From: Phoronis australis
Lineage: Eukaryota > Animalia > Phoronida
Direction of reading: 5' to 3'
Assembly (NCBI GenBank): GCA_002633005.1
Contig: NMRA01000212.1
Coordinates: 299,312 to 363,311 of the forward strand
DNA length: 64,000 bases
Shown: one piece after another, positions 1 through 10,369 of the stretch
Layout: each line of letters begins with the position of its first letter
Numbering within the stretch: position 1 is the first letter of the stretch
Made by a program: the position numbers and the translations under genes
The notes under the pieces: model-generated
Told to the model about the DNA's origin: nothing
The model's database searches: none
What the model saw: the letters and a program-made list of their open reading frames with translations, nothing else

Positions 1-156
1 CCTGGAAGGGAAAGCGTCAGGAGAGGAATAACGTGGCTTCTACCCTCAGGATACCAACGGATGCTGGAGACCATTGGGCGGGCTACAGCAACAATACATT
101 GAAGACATGACAACAGGCGGTGAGGTTCTGTCAGCGTCTCCAGAGCAGGGTACATC
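1..156 (-). CDS. PSME4: PSME4 exon 12 (truncated by the window edge)
   Basis: MYPALETLTEPHRLLSCLQCIVAVARPMV...HVIPLLTLSLP. Confidence 0.92.
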
Positions 157-373
157 CTACGTCACAGAAAAGTTGGTGTGTAAATCTCAGAGCTCACGGA
201 GATCTCATACACATAGTATAGGAACAACAGCTGATTAAGATGGGGTTAAGCCCATGAGATTTTTAACCACTAAGCTATCAAGTGCACTGGATGGAAAGAA
301 AACATCACGAGCAGACATGATAAGTAATGCCTTTAGCACAAGTAAATATTCTACAGACATCTAAACAGCTTAC

Positions 374-580
374 TTTTCCAACAAGGATGGTATGACCAAC
401 TCTGGTCTGAGTAGAGACAGCTGCTGCAGTGTAGATGCGGATTCCTGAGTTCCCAGTTTACTGAACATTGCTAGATAAGCGACGGGTTTAACGCTCTCAA
501 CAAACTGTGTTATGTCATCATCAGACAGCTTTTTATCCTCAGCGATCTGTAGTTCCCATGATGGCTTCTTGTATCGCTCC
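374..580 (-). CDS. PSME4: PSME4 exon 11
   Basis: ERYKKPSWELQI...LSDDDITQFVES...LRPELVIPSLLE. Confidence 0.92.
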
Positions 581-1061
581 CTACGTTCAGTAATTGAAAA
601 AACAAATACAGCAGCTGCAACATCAAAAGTATCTTTTACAGCACATTTCATTCTCTGGTATGCCTGTATTAGAAATTGCAAAATCTGAATGAGTTTGATT
701 CACAACAATAAATCAGTTTTACCTAAGGTGAAAGCAATCTTCATTAACAATAGTCTGCACTATGACAATGCCAAGCAAAGCAAGCTTAGAGCCCCAACGC
801 CCTATCCTTTGTTGACTCTTAAGAAAAAAATTGTTACACTTATGGATTAGACCTCTCACCACTGTAAAAGTGTGATTAGTAGTGATTTATGGGCTCAAAC
901 TGCTACTGCTGAAGACTGAATAAGACAAGTAGCCCAGTTTTGCACCTAAAGCAATATGGCTGTTACTCCAACAAAGAACAGACTGGTTTCACACCTCAAC
1001 ATCAGATGGGGCTACTTCTTGATGTTTAGCCACTTAAAATGACACGGTAGACCCTACTCAC

Positions 1062-1120
1062 CTGTGAACTCTGATCACCACAGACTGTGCAAGCTTGAAT
1101 AGCATTCTGTTCAGTTTTAG
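1062..1120 (-). CDS. PSME4: PSME4 exon 10
   Basis: LKLNRMLFKLAQSVVIRVH(R); ttctag/GTGAGT. Confidence 0.88.
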
Positions 1121-2287
1121 CTAGAACATTAAACAAGGTATTGTAATAATACAGAGTATCTGATATCCAATAATATTACAACCCGGTATAGAGCCTTAGT
1201 GAATAAAGTGACAAAATAAAAAAATTCAGTAGTAACAAACTCCAGCAGGTCTTTAGCCTTACTCAGATATCTTTTATTAACAAGCACCACATGTACGTCA
1301 GTAATAATTTACATTCATTGACAAAACAAAAACATTTCTTCATTATGAAAACATGTTGCTAAAAAGATTCACAGAATTGCTTTCAGTGTTCTCCACAACC
1401 TGTTTAGGCTCGTCACTGCTGGAAGTTTGAATTTTGCTGTGATGACTTTGACTTACTTGCATCGAGTTTGAAAACCTGTGTAATGTGTTTGAAGTATTGG
1501 TAGATTAGCCAGTTCTTAAGCAAATTGAGACATTTTGGAATTTTGGTACCAGTTCAATAGCTTTATTCCAAGACTTAACACACACACTTCCCATAGTATG
1601 GTCATGGACTTTCAAATATGTGAATGAACTTTGTAATTCCAATCTAGTTTGAATTTTCTGTTGTGAAGAATATTGACTTTAAAATCGTTTAAGAAACGCT
1701 AAATGACCAGTCACTGAATGCTGTGAACTCTCTCTCATTCAATATTCACCTTTAGTGACTTCGTGTGATTGCATACAATTCATACATTAAGGAGTTAAGT
1801 TCCTCTTACATTGTTGCTAATGACGATTTAGTGATGAGATCGAAACGCAGATGATAAATTTTTAAAATTTTTAGTTAAAAAGTAAAGCCCTAAATGATAA
1901 ATAGTCAAGCAACTATACTCATTAGCACTTTGATTCATCACATGTTGCGCAATGCATGGACACAAATCAATGCATGTAAACAAGTAAAACCTGACGTTTC
2001 GCATTATCAACAATAAAACATTACAGTTGATTGCAGATTAAACTACTACACCAGTCAACACAGAGCACAAGAGATACAATTAGTTATCATATTTGCAGAT
2101 TAGAAAGATGTTTGGTAGTCAATCAGTGAACCGGGTGCTTCGGCGAAGTTTCGTTCTGGAATTGTCGCCAGCAACGTCTGAGGCAACTTCATCAACCTAG
2201 TGACCACTCCAATATTGTGGTTACAGTTCTGCTTAACAAAAGACGCTTCATGTTTTCTACTCATAATAGTGTTAAATTTGAACTTAC

Positions 2288-2377
2288 ATTCCACCGACCA
2301 GCATTGGATGGGTGATAGAAAGATTCCAGAGCTTTAAACATCTTGGTAACATAACTCTGTGTACAGCTTCCACCACC
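2288..2377 (-). CDS. PSME4: PSME4 exon 9
   Basis: GGGSCTQSYVTKMFKALESFYHPSNAGRWN; GTAAGT donor. Confidence 0.93.
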
Positions 2378-2420
2378 CTACAACAATGAATGGCGCTGAA
2401 TGATTTAAATGGTCCATCAA

Positions 2421-2713
2421 GGGTCTGTCTCATGAAAGTGACTTAAGACCCAAGACAGAAATTTGGTCTTACGCTCCCACTACATAATTGCTGAGAAACG
2501 TTTAGCCAAGAAATTGTGAGCACAACACAGTCCAGAAATAATTTATAAAACTCAAGTCCCCTCAGTAAATAGCAGCTGCATGTATATTCTCAGAAACTGA
2601 ATGTTTGCTCAACTGATACTTCATATTATTCAGGAATAGTTATTTGAATTATTATACTACTTTAGACCAAATTTCTGACTTAGGCCTCAAGTCTCTTTTC
2701 ACAAAACAGGCCC
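2421..2713. mobile_element. MITE with ~50-bp imperfect TIRs (family also at 51219-51468)
   Basis: gggtctgtctcatgaaag...cagaaatttggtct versus agaccaaatttctg...aaacaggccc; second copy in an XDH intron. Confidence 0.65.
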
Positions 2714-3342
2714 CAGGTTTGTGGATTTAAAAGTTAATGAACAGCACACATGCTGGTAGATGAAACAATGCTTCCAGTAGTTACTATAATTGAAGCCATT
2801 GTAAACATGATAGCTCTGTTCTACAAAAAAAGAACTTAGATCAGCTTCATCATATTATTAGCAATTATAGTACTCATCTATAGACAAAGTACAAGGCATT
2901 GTTCCTATGTGCGGTACAATCTCACCAATTTAGGACACATTATGGCGGACACGTGAAATTCTATTTTCTCATTCTTTTCATCAATGATACATAGTGCCAA
3001 ACTTGTGCTTTGCAATGTTCAGTTTCTGTACCATAGCTACCAACAGACAACATTTTGAAATATTGTGCTCATTTACAACGCATGAAGCCCTTGAAAAATG
3101 TAGGAAGTGTTATTTTACCAATTACTTTTGTCTAAAATTGGTGACATTTTACACTGTACCTCAAAATTAGAACAACCGAGTTTTACGCTAACCAACTCTT
3201 GCACGGGTCATGGACAAGTTTCACTTATCATTTGAAAGTTCACATGTACAAATTCAGTGCACTTATTATTTGTAAGCAAGAAAATCAATACAATGTGACA
3301 CAGCCATGCAAAGTGCAACAAACATCAACGGAGCCATCTTAC

Positions 3343-3465
3343 CAACATCGACGCTATCCATTGGCCTAGAACACCTGAATCATAGGCATGATTGTTTGAA
3401 CGACTGACTTGAAACTTTGATGTTCCCACTGGTAAATTACAACTCCTCAACAGTCGTGTGAAAAT
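3343..3465 (-). CDS. PSME4: PSME4 exon 8
   Basis: IFTRLLRSCNLPVGT...QWIASML; tttacag/GTAAGA. Confidence 0.92.
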
Positions 3466-3724
3466 CTGTAAAAATTCAAAATTCGGGTCCCGTCACCATC
3501 AGCTGATAATTTTCCCACGATGCAATTTACATTAGTCGTTTGAGGATCCAGCCAGGTTGATGGAGAAAGCTTGCACACAGTTCACATAAAGCCCCATTAT
3601 TATTTGACTTCTTGTGTTGACATTTTATTAATATTATGACGATGATACAACAGCATTAAACAAATACTGTACACTTATAATTCAGCAAAGACCACAATAT
3701 TGAGCAAATGACAGGTGAACCACA

Positions 3725-4110
3725 TGTAAATTAATGACAATTTTATCATAGGTAAGTAAGATATGTAAATTAATGATAATTTTACAGTAGGTAGGTAAGA
3801 CACGTAAATTAATGACAATTTTACCATAGGTGTGTAAATTAATGACAATTTTACCATAGGTGTGTAAATTAATGACAATTTTACCATAGGTGTGTAAATT
3901 AATGACAATTTTACCATAAATGTGTAAATTAATGACAATTTTACCATAGGTGTGTAAATTAATGACAATTTTACCATAGGTGTGTAAATTAATGACAATT
4001 TTACCATAGGTGTGTAACTTAATGACAACTTTACCATAGGTGTGTAAATTAATGACAATTTTACCATAGGTGTGTAACTTAATGACAACTTTACCATAGG
4101 TATGTAAGGC
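3725..4110. repeat. 30-bp tandem repeat (10 near-perfect units plus 2 degenerate) overlapping the PSME4 exon 7 donor
   Basis: Unit aatgacaattttaccataggtgtgtaaatt repeats with period 30. Confidence 0.97.
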
Positions 4111-4169
4111 TCCCAGTCGATGTGACCAATGTTGTGACACGACAGTCGAGCAAACAAGTAGACTAGACT
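4095..4169 (-). CDS. PSME4: PSME4 exon 7
   Basis: SLVYLFARLSCHNIGHIDWEPYIPM; the donor lies in the first unit of a 30-bp tandem repeat. Confidence 0.9.
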
Positions 4170-4599
4170 CTAAAACAAAAAAAAATCGAGCATTGACAGA
4201 CCACCTCTCAACCATTCAGGCTACACATGAGACCTACAACTGGACAAAATCTGCCACCTTTCACGTCATATTAGATAGCATTTCCGCTGTTTCACCAAAG
4301 TGATGCTTTTGTTAGTTTATCGGATGAGTGGACGTGTTGCTAATCCTTGCTGATTTAGCAGATTTCATATGAAAATCATTAAGGGTTGACTAGAGCAAAA
4401 CAACATAACGCATGTAGTATCCTTTCAAAGAAACCAAAAAATTCTCACATTAACAATGTAAGGGAAGTTCACTCTATAATGTAGTATTTGTTTTTCAAAT
4501 TTTAAAAGCTGTTTTGATGAAATTAAGGCCAGTAAAATAAGCCAACAATGAATTTCATGAGGGATAGAGACTGTATTAGTAACCAATGTTATCAATTAC

Positions 4600-4663
4600 C
4601 GATTCAAAACGAGGTGAATTCATACAGGTGTCCCATATGTCCAGAAATTCTTTCAACCACAGC
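4600..4663 (-). CDS. PSME4: PSME4 exon 6
   Basis: LWLKEFLDIWDTCMNSPRFES; cag/GTAATT. Confidence 0.9.
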
Positions 4664-5057
4664 CTGTAAGGAGAAGAAAAACTGTAATGGCATTCATTGC
4701 AGTGTAGCCCCAGTTTAAAATTGTGCAAAACAAATTTTACAGTAGCAATCCCCCCAATTTGGATTATACCAGATGCCACATTACAAATGGCCTCAACTTG
4801 TATCTTACACAGGCTATCAGTGATTTCTAAGCTTTGTTGCCCCGAAGACTGAACAAATTAGAACTGACATGCTCTTAATTCTATGCAGAAAACCACTTTG
4901 ACTACAAGTAGGCTGGTTCCGTGACTGGACACTAGATGGAATTACTAGTAGGTGCATTTGAACATTACTGCCATGGTTGTCTCTTACTTCTTATAACTAA
5001 AAAATATACAAGCGTTACGTAAAGCAGGTGCGACACATTTCAAGTGTAAAGTCCTAC

Positions 5058-5207
5058 TTGTATCCTTGTTCATGTTCTTCTGGAGACATAAGAGTAGGGA
5101 GAAACAGCTCAAACAACTCAAGACCAGTGCCCATTGTAATGTCCCAGGGGCATAACAGGGGGCGCCATTCGTCAAGCATTTCTTGGGTTGCCTCCACAGG
5201 AAAATAC
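5058..5207 (-). CDS. PSME4: PSME4 exon 5
   Basis: YFPVEATQEMLDEWRPLLCPWDITMGTGLELFELFLPT...GY. Confidence 0.93.
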
Positions 5208-6175
5208 CTGATGCATAAACAAAAACAAAAGACATGAAACTCAAAGTCGATCGAAGTACGCAGAAGTTTTTACAATGTATTGACAATGAGTTCTATATAT
5301 TTTAAGCGAGTCTGATATTATGTTAATATCAATAGTTATTATTCAAAAAGGTTGAGAGTTACTTACTGTAGTAAAATGAATCAAGTTAGGTGTTCAGCAA
5401 TACACCACATAATTTATTTTAAAATGTGAATTGCATGAAATTCGTCAACATAATTCTTGAAGTAGGTTTCATAAACAATCTAAAATGTAGCAACTCTGAA
5501 CAGTCATACTTGGACTGATCTTGTTCCGTATTCAGTTTAGGAATGATCTCTGGACTGGGGAAGAACTCATGGTCCACTATTTCATCAGACCAAGTTCATA
5601 AAAGTTCAAGAGCTCGGACTCAAGCAAGAACAAACTGACAGCTCTTTCCAGGCTCTGAACTCACCTCCAGTTTGACTACAAAATAATTTGAGATCAATAT
5701 CACAATGGCAAGTGGCCTAATTTCATAATCTTTGTGGTGTGTTGTATTAGACAGGTTTGATGCTGCTTTGAAGCATTTTGGTAAATCTGCTACTAAGAAG
5801 GTTAGAGAGAAAATTACTGGTCAAGAAACAACCAAAATCACCCGTACCTTGTTTTTTTGTGTTGCCTGTATTGGTACTCCCACATCTGCCCTACCAATGC
5901 TTTACATTCGTATTCCATTCTGCCCAGATATTTTTAAACAGTGGGATTCACACGAGTTGCCTCTATTGTTATAGTTATTGCTCGGAGCTCAGTTTGCATG
6001 AGTTGGAATTCCTGAGTCGATTAATGCGAGTTGGTCAAACTCTCAACTTGCAGTTTCAAATTTTAGTTCCCAAATCCAACCTGTCGAGCCCTGAACAGGT
6101 TAACTCTATGCATGAAAAGACCGTAACAAAACTGCTGTTCATTTAAAATGTTGTTAAAAATATTTAAAAACTTAC

Positions 6176-6220
6176 ACACGACAATGGCTAACCAAGTTCT
6201 TGAGCGATGTTTCCAAGTAT
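6176..6220 (-). CDS. PSME4: PSME4 exon 4 (45 nt)
   Basis: YLETSLKNLVSHCR; tttgcag/GTAAGT, keeps phase. Confidence 0.85.
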
Positions 6221-6715
6221 CTGCAAAAAAACATATTCAACCGTGTACAGCTAACTGCATAACAGAGAGCGAAAAGCAGTATTCAACCATGGCGTGACAC
6301 TATGCCTAGAAATGTTGAGCCACGATTAAAAAGCTCTGAACCATATTTAAAATTTTGAGCCATGTTTGAAAAGCCTGATTTTTTCGGCTTTACAAAACAC
6401 GTGATTGAACCCGTGTTGCGCAGAAGTACTTTTTGTTATTTGTCAGTAAAGACTGATAGTGAGACACTCAGCAATTGAAAACAATGTGCTACATAACTCT
6501 ACCTGGTTTTGTGATTAAACAGAAAAGATTAGGTTGGGAAAACATGACGTGCAATTTACATCATGTTTGCATTTTTTTGCTCATGGACAATCATGTAAAA
6601 GCATCCATTCAGAAAACTTTCTTCCAAATATAATTGAAATTTACAGCAAACTTAAAAGTATTGTAAAATTACAAGCATACACTGAAGATAGTGTGCCCAT
6701 CTCTTTCATACATAC

Positions 6716-6832
6716 TGCGGAAAAAGCTGCAGTCCATGGTCTTCATACTTAGAATAACACACTGACTTGACCAAGGTATACAGTGGTCTCCAGGAAAGTG
6801 TCAAGTCATTCCTGGTCAGCAACTCCCTCTTT
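6716..6832 (-). CDS. PSME4: PSME4 exon 3
   Basis: KRELLTRNDLTLSWRPLYTLVKSVCYSKYEDHGLQLFP; tttcag/GTATGT. Confidence 0.9.
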
Positions 6833-7497
6833 CTGAAATAAATAATGTGTTAGCACTAAACATCAAATATGTTAAAGCTGGATTTCACCCTGGTTAGTTG
6901 CCTAAAACAAACAATAATCGAATTAGGCATTTTGCTCTCTTAAAATCCAGCTCACAATATTCCTTACCATGATAGGATTCTATTTCTGTAGCCAACCCCA
7001 AAATTGTGAATTCGAAAATGACACATGTACGCATCACCTCATCACCTGTAACTTGAGTTGGTAACAGATACTCTTATCTATGCTTACAACGAACACTGAA
7101 AGTAAAGGACCTAATTCGATTTTCTCTGTTTAGACTGCTAAACGTTTGTAACTTACAATGAAAACAAAAACAGCAGGAACACAAAGGCATGCGCACCCAG
7201 TCTCACACCTAAATTACAGAAAATCACGATTGCTCTAAATAATGAGTTTCTATGGGTTTCTCAAAAGATTGTTTTACAGTGCTATGCAGTAATACAAATA
7301 ATACTTAAATGCCTGATCTCAAGTATAATATTGAAATAAAATATTCACAAATACTCAAAGTCAATAAAGAAGTGTGAATCACAGTCCCAGAAATGAACCA
7401 ATTAGTTGTTACATTCAGCACACAATTTAATTGGCTTAGTGCGAACACGACAAATACTTTTATTTCCCTGACTACCACTTTCTGCAGTTGTACTTAC

Positions 7498-7638
7498 TTG
7501 AGTAATACACACAGAAGATTAGCAAATTTCTGTATGAGAGCAAATTCCATATCCGGAGTGATGACAAGCTCATATAATATCTTGATGAAGGCCACATGAT
7601 CCTCTTTACTGAACTTTCTCCCATACAGACGGATGTAC
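7498..7638 (-). CDS. PSME4: PSME4 exon 2
   Basis: [25 protein letters not shown]...LLK; AG/GTAAGT boundaries, phase consistent. Confidence 0.93.
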
Positions 7639-8696
7639 CTACAACAAACAAAACTCATATTACTTCCATGACCATTGAACAGAGAAACTTCACAACCCAA
7701 CAAGTAGCACCAAAACAACCGCACCGTAATATCCGTATTTGACTATACGATCATCATTTTGATTTCAATTTTTGTTTGCGAATAATAGCGACACAGGTGG
7801 TTTTCCAGAATAAGGGAAAACCGACACAATACATGGAATTAAGACTTCTAAACCAGAATTAGACACAAAGTTAGCGGTTTTTAATTAACAAAATTTAATA
7901 GGATAAACCATCAAATGTGTTACCCAAGAATGATTCTAGCCACAGATTAATTGACAATCACTTTGCTGTGGATATGGTCAAGTATTTGAACATTCATTCT
8001 AGAGGTCGTGCTGCTCTATTTGCAGTTTCAGGATACATCAACATGATGGAGTGCTACATATGCACCAGTGGAGTTTTTCTTGTTTTGCTCCAACGGAAGA
8101 CCGGGGGTGTCGGCGTACTGCAAACATACCCTTGACACAGTCTTTTTTCTTAATCCAACTGAAAAGTAAGTGTTCCAAAACAACCCATTTCCCCCTCAGT
8201 TGTCCATGCTATGAATTGTCCCTTGCTTTTTTTTAAACAACTCCGCTTGTCATCAGTTTACTTCCTGTAGCATCGTCCTCGCATGTGTGTGTGTGACGGC
8301 ATTGTGGTGATATGGAGTTTTACTAGGTCACCAAACAAAATCTGATGTGGCATTCTAGACCTGCAGGTCACAAAATCAAGCCCTGCTTTAATACATTAAA
8401 ATGGAATTTGCTAATTTACAAAACATAATTAACAGATTAGGTTAAGTAAAATGTAATTCTCTGATTTTGAAAATGAAAAATCACGGTCTGAACTATAAGT
8501 CAGCTAGTTTTGTTCCAGGTTCAAAATCAACATGTGAAGTACATGACACAAGAACCTGCAAGATATATTTGGTAAGAAAACTTAAAAGGCTTTAAAACCA
8601 AGTAAAAATGTTCTTTTAGCAAAATTGGTTTATTATGCTACATATATTTATTGTCAATGTTTGCGGTTTGAATCACAATAAATTTACCATTGTACT

Positions 8697-8948
8697 GGTC
8701 TCTGATTTAGAGAATCAGGCGATCACTGAATAATGAGCTTGTTATTCAGAGGATGAAACTGGTTCTCAAAATCAGGGACCGCTATACTCAGAGCCTAGGC
8801 TTAAGGGCAGCCCCAGTCTCAAAATATAAGGCAGATGGCAATAGTCGGATATGTGAGTCCCTGATTTGAAATTGATTTGAGAACCAGTTAACACCACTGA
8901 ATAACAGGCGTTATTCAGAGGGAGTAACTGGTTCTCAAATCAGGGACC
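8697..8948. repeat. Two related imperfect palindromes (8697-8780, 8857-8948)
   Basis: gtccctgatttg..gagaaccagtt..ctgaataa / ttattcag..aactggttctc..aatcagggacc occurs twice. Confidence 0.65.
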
Positions 8949-9122
8949 CACCTATGGGACTATTACCATACAGATGTTAGCCTTAGCTAGGCTAAGCCTA
9001 ACTTCCCTAAGGAAAGAAAATTTCCAAGTGGCAACACATTTCTTTTTAGAGTGAGAGGATTTATGGAAAATCTGTGAGGGAGTGCAAGAAACCCACCAAG
9101 AAACATACAACATGATACTTAC

Positions 9123-9325
9123 TTAGACAAACGAGAACACCAATGATTGGTTCCAGTCTTGATGTCTCGAAGTTGAACAGATCTTCCTAAATTTGCTTTG
9201 ATTTCTTCCAACTGGGAGGTAGATTCCTTGTCTAAATGTTCACTGTACGGGAGGTGTCTATTGTACACAATTTCCTTTTGCGGTTTATATCCTAAGATAT
9301 GCTCCCGACTTTCAGTACCTGACAT
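9123..9325 (-). CDS. PSME4: PSME4 coding exon 1
   Basis: MSGTESREHILGYKPQKEIVYNRHLPY...HWCSRLS; donor GTAAGT at 9122. Confidence 0.9.
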
Positions 9326-9654
9326 GATGACGCTCAAAGTTTGAAAAAATACACAACTGAACAAGTTAGCTGGACTTTGAGAAGCCCTCAATAATGAACA
9401 TGACTAAGGAAATTTCTTTGATGATCACCAGGTGTCGCACAACAGATAGAGTTGGGAAAAGACTGCAAAAATTTTTCGTATTATTACTTCTCGATAAAAC
9501 CTCATATTTTATACGTTCCATATCTGTAGACACATGTAGGTAAAATTATCTATGTATGAAAAGACACATAATTTGTATTTATTTTACCCTCTGTTCTTTA
9601 ATATTGCAAACTTTTCTGATTGGCCTTGACCTTTACCATTTACCGGAGCCGGAA
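9326..9654. promoter_or_regulatory. Putative bidirectional promoter for PSME4 and ACYP
   Basis: 329 bp between divergent ATGs; reverse CCAAT (ctgATTGGcc, ~9616-9625); ETS-like CCGGAA and YY1-like AAATGGC at the ACYP start. Confidence 0.65.
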
Positions 9655-9709
9655 ATGGCTGCCAGGCGGTTGGCGTCTGTTGATTACGAAGTATTTGGAC
9701 GTGTGCAAG
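9655..9709 (+). CDS. ACYP2: Acylphosphatase exon 1
   Basis: MAARRLASVDYEVFGRVQ(G); donor GTAAAA. Confidence 0.92.
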
Positions 9710-9842
9710 GTAAAACGGTTGTTAAGCTTTGCGCGGAAAATGAGCTATGCGCTTAGCCTACGCTCAACAGTCTGTAATGCTGATTTTCTAAACACAAAGC
9801 ACGATACCTCATGTTCACCAATATATTATGACACCATGTTAT

Positions 9843-10145
9843 TGTAGTAAATGTCGACGTCAGTCTCGGCTGTGGCGTCTCTATGTTGTGATGTCCTTTT
9901 CGTGACAATGTTGGTCTTGGCCTGGTGCGACATCTAACGCCAGAAGAGCCCAGCCGATGTCACACTCCTACCACGTGACAAGTCACCCATGAAGACCACG
10001 TGACAAGATCGTCTGGGCCTTCTGGAGTTCGCTGCCGTCCTGTGCGGACGCAATGTGAGTATCCTCCAGATTGTTCTCTTGCACCGTGTTAATAGGCCCG
10101 AACTTGTGTGTCCTCTCGGCCAACCGACTCCACATTATTACAACA
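9843..10145 (+). mobile_element. Probable LTR (solo, or the end of a collapsed LTR retrotransposon)
   Basis: 303-bp GC/CpG-richer block with TGTAGTAA...TTACAACA termini; ends exactly at the N at 10146, so the TSD cannot be checked. Confidence 0.5.
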
Positions 10146-10369
10146 NAATATGTGCATAAAGACTATTAAATGTCATATCAACAGCATTTATTTTTATCAA
10201 ATACAAACAATAATTCATTGAAATACAATCAGTTTCAAGTAACGCCAATTAAAGACAAGTATAAGTGGTGGCATTTTGGAAATGAACATTTGACTGACAA
10301 GACCGCAATGGCTCACCTTTGGCCTATTTAAAGATTGAAGTCATAAAGTCACATCACCTAGCGAGCGCG

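Larger units (their letters stand above)
1..9325 (-). other. PSME4: PSME4 (proteasome activator complex subunit 4, PA200/Blm10) gene span; 12 coding exons, 3' part outside the window
   Basis: Exons join in frame through GT-AG introns into a PA200-like N-terminus ([63 protein letters not shown]). Confidence 0.95.

Noticed and set aside
3675-4215. 160-aa and 177-aa repetitive ORFs
   Set aside because: They are translations of the 30-bp tandem repeat; only the 75-nt PSME4 exon 7 is supported as coding.
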